Positions 17,582 through 30,687 of a stretch of 64,000 bases of DNA are shown piece after piece; the first letter of the stretch is position 1; every line of letters begins with the position of its first letter. The notes beneath the pieces were generated by a model. That model was given only the letters and a program-made list of their open reading frames with translations, did not search any database and was not told the origin of the DNA. Both the position numbers and the translations under genes were made by a program. Source of the DNA: the human T2T-CHM13v2.0 reference genome, Homo sapiens; assembly GCF_009914755.1 (NCBI RefSeq), contig NC_060930.1. The stretch is one strand, 5' to 3'.

Positions 17582-17905
17582 TTTTTAAACCTCTCAGCTT
17601 CCAGTGTCCTCTCTACCTCTTCTAGCCTCCAAATTGTTGTTGTTGACATCTTCATTCAAAATAATTTTAATTTGTCTCAAATCTTTTTAATTTGATCTAC
17701 AATGTGCTTCTCAATTTGACCCAACCTGCTGCTTAAGCCTTATCTCCCATCCCTTCTCTAGGTTCACTCTAATTACATTACACTTCTTACTCTTTCCCTT
17801 AAATGGCATGTTTTTTTTTCATGAATGTTTATGCATTGGCATATGCTTTATATCTTGGGATACCCTTTTAGACTTTTTTAACCTATGAAATCCTGATTGT
17901 TTCTC

Positions 17906-18351
17906 GAGTAGGTTGAATAGTGGCCCCACCACCCATCCCCCAGCCCCAAGAGAGAAGCCCACATGGAACCAGTGAATGTGATCTTATTTGGAAAAAAGGT
18001 CTTAGTAGATGTAATTAAGGTAAAGACCTTGATGTGAGATCATCCTGGCTAGACCCCATATCCAATGACAAGTTTCCTTATGAGAGAAGATAAGGGGAAA
18101 GGACATACAGAGGAAGAGGTGATACAAAGACAGAGGCAGAGATTGGAGTGATGTGCCTACAAGCCAACAGCCATCCTGTGTTAGGAATGACACATGAAAT
18201 GTGTTCTTCCTCAGAACCTTCAGAAGCAACCAAGTAAGCTAACATCTTAATTTCAGATATCTGTCCTCCAGAGCTATGAGAAAATAAATTTCTGTTGTTT
18301 TCAGCCACCATTTGTAGTGATTTGTTATAACAGCCCTGGAAAAATAATACA
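17906..18351 (+). mobile_element. MLT1-family solo LTR within an L2 remnant
   Basis: GTGAATGTGATCTTATTTGGAAAAAAGGTCTT...AATAAATTTCTGTTGTTTTCAGCCACC...AATACA; TSD TTCTC/TCCTC. Confidence 0.85.
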
Positions 18352-18356
18352 TCCTC

Positions 18357-18606
18357 TAAAAAACCCAGCTCAAATGTCATTTTATGAAGGATTATCTGAT
18401 TATGTGCTGATTCCTCTTTTGTATTATAGCATTTACCAAATTTTATTTCAATCTATTTCTTCAACTCTTTATCTTCTCTAAACACTCTGAACTTGTCCAG
18501 GCTAAGAATAAGCACTTAGTTTTATTTTATCCTTCACACTTACCATGGTATCTAGCTTACAGTGACTGCCCCATATTTATTGAATGAATGAATGAATAAA
18601 TAAATT
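18357..18606 (+). mobile_element. L2 3' end
   Basis: CAGCTCAAATGTCA...TATTTATTGAATGAATGAATGAATAAAT tail. Confidence 0.65.
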
Positions 18607-21600
18607 ATAATAGAATATCAGATGACATAGTAAGCCTTGCTTAGAGTCAGTTTATCGGTATTCTATATTTGGTTCTGCTACTTAAAAGTTTGACCACATG
18701 ACACTTTGATCCTCAACTTGCCCATCTGTGTACTATGAGAGTGGAACTAAGACTTTTCTCAGCTGTGAAATTTTAAGATATCTCATTTCTTTTGAGTGAT
18801 TTCTTTCATGTCAGTTTCTGTTTTTGTGATTGAATGTGAAGAAAAATATCTTTTAGATTCTTCAGGGAAAACTATCACACTTCTAACATGTTTATGAGAT
18901 ACATGCATATCTATAAATATAGTATGTTTAAAAAGATTTTAATGATTCCTCTCCCTTTCTTTTGTTTCTGGAGCAAACCCAGAAATAACATGATAAAAAT
19001 ATATGAAAGAATTTCTGTTGTTACATCCACAGCAAACAAATTTTGTGGCTTTAAATGGTGAACTTGTCTGTTTTGATAGTGAGTCTAGTGTTGAAACTAA
19101 AATTTTTTCAGGATACACTTTGTAATAATTATTAATCATTTGAGGTGTACATATTACACAATAACACAAAAATAGATGCATATAAAATACATATAATTTA
19201 TTAAAAATACAAATTCAACGTAATGTGCCAAACTAATTTATTGTTTGTAATCAGCTCTGAAATTAGTTTTCTTTTTGTATATAACTCAAACTATTTATTT
19301 TTTAATGGTCTGTTTTCAATATTTCTGGTGTGGTAAAATGCTAATGCATCAGTCAATTGATGATATAAGCACTTGGGTATCCACATGTGAGGAAAGCAAG
19401 TTAAAAGCCAACAAAACATATTGTTTGGACATTATTTGCATCAGTGAAGATGCACCTTTATATAGGCCCTTCTTCAAAGTGCTATTAAAACTTTGACTCA
19501 GCAAATCACTTGCAAGATAGTTACTCCCACAAAGAGATAAGAAAACAGAAATGTCAGTATAGTCATAGAATGAAGACTAAAAGTAAAATTACTAGATGAA
19601 TTGGAGTCAGAAGTTGAGAACCCAGCTTTACAGTGTAGCCAAGTCTTGTTCTGAAAGAAATTAGGAATCCTCATAAAAGCTAATTAGTTTGGAGACCACT
19701 TAAAAACCACCCTAGAACTTAAAAAAAGCACTACTTGCCTAAAATGGAAGAAAACCTAGAAAGTCCCTTGCATTTCAAGCTTGAATCTTTCCTCGCGTGC
19801 TGGTCACAGAATTCTCTTTCACCTTTTTAAATACAACTCATTTTTATTGAGACCCTATTGTGTGCATGGATCTGTACCATTGATTACAAGTATGCAATTT
19901 GATCTGATTCTTAAAACCAACAGTTCTGTAGTCTTCTTGATTATGTGAGGCATGTACAATGCAGATATTTTCTTGGTGCTAATTAAAGTGGCACTGTTCA
20001 GAAGGGATCGGAAGAAGCAGCAATCAGTAAAAATAGATGTTTTCTGAAGGCCTCCAAGCAGAAGAGGGGGCTAGAGCTGGGCTTTCCAGGAGGGAGAGAC
20101 CAACCAGCATGGCAGGGAGAAGACAAGCCTGAGATAAAGAGGTAGGAATAAGAGTAACGTTCATGGAGGGAGTGGAGGAATGCGTAGGTAAGTAAAGTGG
20201 AGTACAAGTTAGGTTGGAGAGATCCACATTTAAATCATCCTAGAAATATCGTGTTGTGTTCTATAAAGTCTTATGAAAGAATAAACTATTAATTGAAAGG
20301 AACTCATGGTTCTTTGAAGTAGAAAATCCCTTTATTAAATCTAACCCCCAATTTATAAAATATTGGGAACAAATTATTTGGTCTATTTGGATTTGTACAC
20401 GTACTGCATATATCACAAGTCTCCCTATACAGGTATTAATATATCTCAGCAGCATTAGTACTGACAACTTCATTTTCGAAGTTGGAATGTACCTTAGTTC
20501 ATGTAATTTCACTCTTGTACAATGTTTAAATTACTTAATTAATTTTGGCATTTATTTTTTATTTATCCTGCAGCTATACCAGCATTTATATTTTCTTATC
20601 TCTTTATGGGAATATCAATTGATAGGTTAATCTACTGATGGACTGATTGATTTTCTGCAGTCTTTCCCAACACATTCTCCAATGGTAGTTGAAGACATTA
20701 TTGGGAGTTACAGGACTTGAATTAGGAATCATGACCTATAAAACTTGTGTATTCCATTAATGTCTCCATTACATTTGCTTTTTTTGCTTCCTGCAATAAG
20801 AGAACAATTTTCATCTAAAGCTTGAATTGCCTCAGGAATGCGATAAGAGTTAATCTCATTCACACTAATAGGGAAGAATAAGGGGAAACAGTTACAGATT
20901 TTTTTTAAGGTCATTTTTAAATATAATATAATCTCAATCAAAATTTAAAATGGGGATGTCCTATGTAACCAATGCTTGCTAGAGTTGAATCAGTAGAAAT
21001 AAAAATCTCTCAGAGAGCACTGGCCCTATTTCCTTAAGATGGTCACTCCCCCATAAAGATGTTATAGTTGCTCACTTTTACTGTTGCAGATACACGTACT
21101 GAATTTGACATCTACTAATCAGAAGACAAAAGAAGTCTGAATTTACCTTGTAATCCCTGGGCCACAGAAGAATACTGTCAGGACTATTTTAAAGTCTTTC
21201 TCCAAGCTGTGTTGTGGACTAAATTTACCTTCCCTTCTATCCTTGGGGACATTGGTCGTTCAAATCAGGGCACTTTTGAGAGTGAAAGGGAGTGCTACAA
21301 AATAAAGCCATGAATGAATCTATAAGAGGTATACACTGAATCTGTTCTGGGCAAACCAGAACATAATTCTGTCCAAAGTAGAAGCCTCTTCTGTTATTAA
21401 TTATCTCCCATATTATCTTCTGAGAGCTATGAATATGAGCTACACTGGCTCAAATTCCACCCTGATCCTCTCAAACTCTTCTAAAACACATTTTAGATTA
21501 TAAATCCATGATCAACAAGCTTTCTTCACTCTGTTGTAGTGGTCTCGTCCACTAAAAAGCTGATCAGACACTTCAATGATCATTTGACATTCATCTGTGA

Positions 21601-21639
21601 TACTTACTGCAGGGTACTTTGGCTTGGCTTTTCCCTTAA

Positions 21640-22470
<831 letters not shown>

Positions 22471-23769
22471 GTTTTTGGCTTACTTTTCCCCTGTTTTCTG
22501 ATTTCCTTTTCTCTTTACCTTATAGATTCAAGCCTTAAAAACCTCTTCATTATCATTTTAATGACAATACAATAAATTTATTAAGGGAACAAAAGTAAAT
22601 GAATATGTTTGATTTTTCTTCTTTTTCCAGATTCAAACAGCATTTTAAAATTAGATTATGTTTTACTACTTATTAGTATTTAGGAATGCAGTCAGTTTGG
22701 TATATTGGATTTATATGTAGAACCTCTGCTGAACTCTCTTGTTAATTCTAAAAATTAGCCTGTAAAGTCTCTTGGGTTATTCTGTATCCAATTCAGTATT
22801 CAACCCACCCCAGTCAGTCTTCCACTCCCAACACTTGACCAAAATTGCTCTTGCTAGGGCTACCAATTTTCCCTATTTTGCTAAATCCAGGGCATTCTTT
22901 TCTGTTGTAATTTTAATTGGTGCATTTCAGCAACATTCCATACAACTTACTCATTCCTTCTTCTTGAGGTTCCTTTTCTTCTTGACTTCTTTAGCATCTT
23001 ATTCTTCCAGTTTCTTTTCTGTTTCTTTGGATGCTTGGTCCCCTTTGATGGATTCTCTTCCTTTAGCCACTTGGAGTTCCTTATTTTGTTCCTTGGCTCT
23101 GTTCTGCTATCATTGTTGTCATCACTATCACTCACAGCAACTGTCATTGACATCATTACTAATATATAATTAGCTGTCACAACTGCCACTACCCTTTCAG
23201 ATTTCTAATCCTTTGAGCTTGAAAAACCAACTCTACAAATTTCCCAATTGTTCAAGCAATTGACAAATCTACAGGCATATCATGACTTGTAGGGTAGGAA
23301 AAACAAGGTTTAAGCCCAAATATGTTAATTACAATAAATGCAAAACATCTGATAAATTCTTATATTTTAATCATCAAGAGTTATTCTAGTAATAAGCTTA
23401 CTTCAAAGTTTCAGTCTGGGTTATAGGTGGCTAACTAAACTAGACAGTATGGTTTGGTTAGGTCAGACAGAATCAAAATGGATAATTCACAACTATATTA
23501 ATTATACAGCATCATGTATTGATTATTAAATACTTATATGGTGAACTGGGTTGGCTGGTTTGATTATTCTAAGGCAATCTAGTAGAAATCCAACATATCT
23601 GGGTGGTTGAAAGGGTCTTATTCAAGTATAAAAAATAGCTTTATTATTAAGCCTGCAAAGCAATTATTTCATTAAAATTTGAACCTTAGTGAACTTTAGA
23701 CCTTTTTCAACAAGATACTACCTTCTCTATCACCAAAGAGCATCATTGTCCTTATATAATAATAATAAT

Positions 23770-24052
23770 AATTATATCTGCCATTTATATTGAAAATGAT
23801 CAGTCTACTAAGCACTTCCATTTAATTCTCAAAATAACTCTATCAGGATAAGCATGATTATTTCCATTTTATTGAGGAAAGTGGGATTTAGAGATGCTGT
23901 CACTTTCTCATTTGTTTTCAGAATGACACCACCACACTCAGCTAAGCCTGATGTCCCCTATAATAAGTTATGTTCATAATAAGTTATGGAGCTGGGATTC
24001 AAACATAGGTCTGATCTGACTGCAATCATAGATCTGGTCTGACTGCAAAGTT
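23770..24052 (-). mobile_element. MIR carrying an internal insertion and local duplications
   Basis: CATTTAATTCTCAAAATAACTCTATCAGG...CCATTTTATTGAGGAAA...GGAGCTGGGATTCAAACATAGGTCTG. Confidence 0.75.
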
Positions 24053-24082
24053 ACTTGAAACTTTGAAGTAAGCTTATCACTG

Positions 24083-24170
24083 TATACATATATATATATA
24101 GTGCATATATGTGTTTGTGTGTATATGTGTGTGTGTATGTGTGTGTGTGTGTGTGAGCGAGAGAGAGAGA
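24083..24170. repeat. Compound (TA)n/(TG)n/(GA)n microsatellite
   Basis: Read directly. Confidence 0.9.
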
Positions 24171-25294
24171 ATATTTTCCACTTAATCTTTTATAGCTAAA
24201 TTTTCTATTAGGGTCCCCACTTGCTTGTATTTTCCTTCTGAATTAATATCTATCATTTGATCGTAATTTTGTTTCTTGAAAATAACCTAAATTTCTTGGT
24301 AATCTTATGGGCACATGTCATAAATGATACTGACACAATTTTCTTCTTGGAATAAAATTTTTAATTTTGGGCATTTATAGAAGTATGATTCTAAATCTCA
24401 AACAATAATTACCATTTGTGTGAAGAATCATGTGCATCCATGCAACTGTGTATGTGTGTACATATGTACGTGGTTGCAGTAATTCTTGTTATAGTACACA
24501 TAGTGGTAAATAAATATAAAGGCATTCAGATGTTTAAAAAGCATTGTAAGATGCATTTGCTCTGTTTCCTAATTCTCATGCCCTGCAATCTTGTTTCCAA
24601 TGCTATTCCTCCTTATAAAAGTGATTTGATAATATCAGACAGGCTACATTTTGATAAATTTAATGAACTATTTTTAGTCCTTTGTGTTCCCACCTCTTCC
24701 CTCAACTCTTACACCTTAGCCACTCCCTCCTTCTTGAAGTACTCTTTCTCACTGGTTTATTGACCTAACATTTGTTAGTTTTTATCTATTTCTGTTGCTT
24801 CTCAATGAACTTTGTGGGCTCCATTTTCTCTGCTTTTACCATATCTAGGGTTTTTTTCTTACCCTGGATATTCCATGGGTCATCTTATCAATTTCTGTGA
24901 TTTATTTTTTTCCAAGATTCCCCACAGATATTTCATTGATACATATCTCATTTCTGACCCCTAAATGTGTACAGAATTACTTATGGGAGCATTTCCTTTG
25001 CCATGTCTCAAAGGCAGTTTACTGAGTCTCAAATGAAATTCATCATTTCCCATTACCTTGCAACTCTTCCTCTCCTATATTTTCTATGTCAGTAAATGGT
25101 ACCACTATCTGGTAACTTGTGCCAAATTCCAAACTGGGGAGCCATTTCTTATTGCTTTTTCATGCTCAATCTCTATAACATCTCATTTTTTATTGCTATC
25201 CTTCTAATTTTTACATGTTTATACATTGTCACTGCCAATGCCTTAGTTCAGTTCATCATGATCTCCCACTTTGATTACTTTAACTTATTTTAAA

Positions 25295-25705
25295 ATTAAT
25301 TTTATTGATGTGAAGTATACTTTAAGTAAAACAGATAAATTTTAGTTTATAATTCCCATAGTTTTGACAAATGTATATACCTGTGTAATAACACTCCCAT
25401 CAAAATCAGGAGCATTTATATCACTCCAGAAGATTTTCTCTAACTCCTTTCCAGTTGATCTTCCTAATCTCATGCAAAGGCAATCACTCTTCTGATTTCT
25501 ATTTGTGTAGATGACTGTGACTGTCCTTGAACTTTATATAAATTGGATCAAAGAGTATGTTCTCTGGTGTCTTTTGGTCAAAATAATGCTTGTGAGATTA
25601 ATCTGTTTTGTTGCATGAATCTGTAATTTGTTTTTTTTATTGTGGAGTAGTGATCCATTGTGTGATGATATGACATTTTGTTTATCTATTCTCTGGTTGA
25701 TAAAA
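25295..25705 (-). mobile_element. Old L1 (L1MC/L1ME-type) 3' end fragment
   Basis: TTTTGACAAATGTATATACCTGTGTAA...CATTTATATCACTCCAGAAG...CCATTGTGTGATG. Confidence 0.7.
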
Positions 25706-26899
25706 AGGATAAAGGATGTGTTTCAGGTAGGGCAATATTTTGGTGGTGTGCTGATTGTATAACAACTATGTTGTAGATTTTCTGTTGCAGTGAAGTAGGA
25801 ATACAATATATTTCTGTTTAAACAGGAATAATAATTTAATTGGTTGTGTAGGTGAAACTGCAGTAGGAAAGTCTTTTTTACTGCAGGCTTTTATGGAATT
25901 TGAAAATTTAGATACTTTGCTTGCTTAATTGTTCAAAAGTTGGCTGTGAGACTGTGCAAGTAGGTTACTGCCTTTATTAGAACTGTTATAAAAGACGGCT
26001 ATTTTAAGCAAATAGAACAATCACCTGTAATGTTTATGCCCTCAACAGATGAAATGCCCAAGGGAAAGGAATTCAAATTCATTTTCTTTATTACTTAAGC
26101 ATTTTCTGAGAAGAGCATCAGTTCAAAGCTTAAGGAAAAATGAATATAAGTAATACTTAGCTCAGTTTATATGTTTTGTTTTTATTACACTCAATTTATG
26201 AATTTGGAATAAAGATAGTGTGATGTGGCACTGCCACTAATTTATTATCTAAGCTCAGGTATGAAAACATTCTTGGTGTCTCAATTTTTTCATCTATAGG
26301 ATTCCATAACATGCCTATTTTGCTTATCTCATATGACGATTCTGAGAACATTTTCAAATAGTTACTTTCAAATCATATAGCCACAACATTAGGTAAAGGT
26401 TAGCTTACATTTAATTATCTTCTTTTTACTTTTATAAAACTTCATTTTCTATACACTAACATATGCAGCACAGTGGTGAAAATAGTTTTATCACATTGGG
26501 AACACATTTTAATACTTCAAATATAATGAAGTTTGTAGTGTAAATATGGTTCTAAAAGGTTTAATATTAATTAGGCTAGTTACTTGCACTTGAGAAATAG
26601 TTGCAAAATAATTACTCTTTCTACGCTATATTAAAAATAAATGAGAAAAGTCTGTAAACTGCTTGACTTTGATATTCTTAGAGAAAGGCATTGACATGAG
26701 ATGATAATTTTAATGTTCAGAAAGAATGTATCCATTCATTTATTCAATGAATATTTGAGCACCTATAATGAACCTGACAGTAGGCACTGGGGATACTGCA
26801 GGGAATAAAACAGACAATAGCTGCAGCCTTCACAGTACTTCCAGAAAAATGTGTTTGTCTTATTCTCCTTAATTGTAATTTTAGATCAATTTTTAAATT

Positions 26900-27165
26900 T
26901 ATTTTTTCTTTCTTTTTTGAAGTAAAAAGTTTTTAAAATTGATACATAATAGATGCACGTATTTTGAGGTACATGTGATATTTTGATACACTCCTATAAA
27001 TGTAAAAATTAAATCAGTATAATTGGGATAGCCATTACCTTAAGTATTTGTCTTTACTTTATGCTAGGAACATTCAATTTCTTATCTTCTAGGTATTTTG
27101 AAAAGTACAACATATTATTGTTAACTATAGGCACACTTCTGGTCTATCAAATACTGAATTATATT
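26900..27165 (-). mobile_element. L1MA 3' end fragment
   Basis: TTGATACATAATAGATGCACGTATTTTGAGGTACATGTGATATTTTGATAC...TTGTTAACTATAG. Confidence 0.75.
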
Positions 27166-27954
27166 TAATACTATAAACATAGATGTTTGGACAGTTGTGG
27201 CAGAACAGTATGTGGCCACATGTATGTGTCCCAGTCAATCTGCATGAGTCCACAGAGTCATTAATGATTTTTATTCACTTAGGGAAGTTGATGCTTTTGG
27301 TCCTATCTCTAAATATAGTCCTATGTATAGTAATAGCCTAATTAATCAGTCCAATACAACAACTGAACACATAGTAAATTTGGCTTTAGTCCTTATCTTT
27401 TAAAGCATTTTCTTTACTTTGTTAATCATCCAAGTTTTATAAAAATGTTTCCCGTTTCTTAAAGGAAGAGATTTTATTTTCCAATTGATTTTGGCTCAGA
27501 GAACAAAGTCCAATAAAGATATGGCTCTTTCTCCCTGGATTCAAGCAATATAGATAACCAAATTGGATAGATAAACTGAAAATTCTCAGTGGGGCTTGAA
27601 TTATCTTGCTGACACTATGAATTAAATATAAGAATGTAAGAAATGTTATACTCAATTAAATTAATTGTCCATGGAGCATGATAGTTTATGGAAAAGCATA
27701 ATATTTACTCTCCACAACATTGATCTATCTTGAACATCCATTATATTCCCTTAGTAATACACTACATATCAATGCTCTACAAATCAATTTTCTGCAAAGA
27801 CTTTTTGATCTCATTTCTATTTTCAGTCACTACTACCTTTTTAGCAATGAGTTTATTACCACTTGTGTATACTTCATTTGCATATGTAAGTAACTCCATA
27901 AATTTTACTTTCCAAAATACCCATTAGAGTATACTATAATTTGAAATACAGGCT

Positions 27955-30153
27955 TGATATGGTTTGGCTTTTTGTCCCCATCCAAATCTCATCTCAAATT
28001 GTAATCCCCAGGTGTTGAGGGAGGGACCTGGTGGGAGGTGATTGGATCATGGCGGCTGTTTCCCCCAAATTGTTTTCATGATAGAGAGTTCTCACAAGAT
28101 CTTTTGGTATTATAAGTGGTATTTAATACACTAAATTGTGTATTAAATAAGTGGCAGTTTCCCCTGCTCTCTCTATCTCCTGCTGCAAAGAGAAGACATC
28201 CCTTGTTTCCCCTTTGCCTTCTGCCATGATTATATTTCTTAATAGCAGTGTGAGAAGGGACTAAAACGGGAAATTGGTATCAAGAGGCAGAGAGGGGGCA
28301 CTGCTATAAAGATAACCTGAAAATGTGGAAGCAACTTTTGAACTGGGTAAGAAGCAGAGTTTGGAACAGTTTGGAGGGCTTAGAAGAAGACATGGGAGGC
28401 AGGAAGATGTGGGAAAGTTTGAAACTTCCTAGAGTCTTGTTGAATGGTTTTGACCCAAATGCTGATAGTGGTATGGACAATGAAGTCCAGGCTGAGGTGG
28501 TCTCAGACGGAGATGAGAACTTACTGGGAAATGGAGCAAAGGTCACTCTTGATATGCTTTAGCAAAGAGACTGGCAGCATTTTGCCCCTGCCCTAGAGAT
28601 CTGTGGAACTTTGAACTTGAGAGGGATGATTTAGGGTCTCTGGCAGAAGAAATTTCTAAGCAACAAAGCATTCAAGAGGTGACCTGCTTTTTTCTGAAAG
28701 TGTGGTTATATGTGTTCCCAAATAAATGGTTTGAAACTGGAACTTATGTTTAAAACAGAAGCAGAGCATAAAAGTTTTGAAAATTTGTGCCCTGACCATT
28801 TGGTAGAAAAGAAAACCCCATTTTCTGGGGAGAAGTTTAAGCCAGTTGCAGAAATTTGCATAAGTAATGAGGAGCTGAATGTTAATCACCAAGGCAATGG
28901 GGAAATGTCTCTAGAGCATGTCAGAGATCTTCAAGGCAGATCCTCCTATCACAGGCCCAGAGGCCTAGGAGAGGTAAATGGTTTCATGGGCCAGGTCCAG
29001 GGCCCCACTGCTCTGTGAAGCCCTGGGACTTGGTGCTCTGTGTCTCATTTGCTCCAGCTCCAGCTGTGGCTAAAAAGGGCCAAGGTGCAGCTTGGGTCAT
29101 TGCTTCAGAGGCTGCAAGCCCCAAGCCTTGGAAGCTTCCATGTGGTGTTGAGCCTATAGGTGCACAGAAGTCAAAAATTGAGGCTTGGGAACCTCCACCT
29201 AGATTTCAGAGGATGTATGGAAGTGCCTGGATGTCCAGGCAGAAGTTGGTTGCTGGGGCAGGGCCCTCATAGAGAATCTCTGGAAGGGCAATTCAGAAGG
29301 GAGATGTGGGGTTGGAGCCCCCACACAGAATCCCCACTGGGGCACTGCCTAGTGGAGCTGTGAGAAAAGGGCCACCATGCTCCTGACTCCATAATGGTAG
29401 ATCCACCAACAGCTTGTACTGTGTGTCTGGAAAAGCCATGGGCACTCAATGAGAGTCCACAAAGGAGCTGCCCAAGGCTATAGGAGTCCACCCCTTGCAT
29501 CAGCATTCCCTCAATGTGAGACATGTGAGACATGGAGTTAAATGAGATTATTTTGGAGCTTTAAGATTTAATGACTGCCCTGTTGGCTTTCTGACTTGCA
29601 TGAGGCCTATGGCCTCTTTGTTCTGGGCAACTTCTTCCATTTGGAATGGGAACATTTACTTCATGCCTGTACCTCCATTTTGTCTTGGATGTAACTAACT
29701 TGCTTTTGATTTTACTGGCTCATAGGTGGAACGGATTTGCCTTGTCTCAGATGAGACTTTGGACTTGGACTTTTGGGTTAATGCTGGAATGAGTTAAGAC
29801 TGTGGGGGATTGTTGAGAAGGCATGATTGGTTTTGAAATGTGAATGGGGCATGAAATTTGGGAGGGGCCGGGGTGAAATGACATGGTTTGGCTTTGTGTC
29901 CCCATCCAAATCTCATCTCAAATTTTAATCCCTAGGTGTTGAGGAAGGGACCTGGTGGGAGGTGATTAGATCATGGGAGCAGTTTACCCCATGCTGTTCT
30001 CATGATAAGTGAGTGAGTTCTCATGAGATATGATGATTTCATAGTGGCAGTTTCTCCTGCTTTTCTGCCACTGTGGGAAGCTGTCCCTTGTTTCCCCTTC
30101 ACCTTTTGCCATGATTATATTTTTTTATAGCAGTGTAAGAATGACCTAATACA
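27955..30153 (+). mobile_element. THE1/MST-family MaLR provirus (5' LTR 27955-~28268, ~1.6-kb internal, 3' LTR 29879-30153)
   Basis: TGATATGGTTTGGC...CTAATACA termini; polypurine tract GGGAGGGGCCGGGGTGAAA before the 3' LTR; MaLR internal peptides (MWESLKLPRVLLNGFD); TSD AGGCT/AGACT. Confidence 0.93.
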
Positions 30154-30474
30154 AGACTTAATTCATCCCTTTGTTTCTTTTGTCTGATTCTTGCTTGCTT
30201 CTTATCTCTCCCATTTGAAGAGTTTAAATTTCTAGCTGATTTTATGTGGAAAACTTTATATCCTTTTGCTCTTTTATAGCCTAGACTCATTATTCTATGA
30301 AATACTTTATGATGGAAAGCAATGATAATTATGCATACATTCATAAGGAGGGTGACTACAGTTTTGTTGATGGATAATATTTACCTTATTACCATATCAG
30401 GATGGTGAACATTCTGTTCTTATTGTTACAGCAGCACATTAAATCATTGTTTTGAGATAATAGTGCAGATATTG

Positions 30475-30687
30475 TTTTGATTTTGATCTTGATCTCCACT
30501 AAATAGTGTATTAAATAGATTTCCCAAACCTAAATACTGATAACACTTTTTTATCCTGCTAAAAATCACATACTAGATTAGACATTCTTTTGATTTTTGA
30601 TCTTGATCTCCACCACATTGTGTATAGATTTCCCAAACCTAAATACCGATAACAGTTTTTTACCCTGCTACAGATCACATACTGATT
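30475..30687. repeat. Diverged tandem duplication, ~113-bp period, ~2 copies
   Basis: TTTTGATCTTGATCTCCAC...AGATTTCCCAAACCTAAATAC...ATCACATACT occurs from 30475 and again from 30588. Confidence 0.9.

Noticed and set aside
28304-29533. MaLR internal ORFs
   Set aside because: Short broken remnants of the THE1 internal region.
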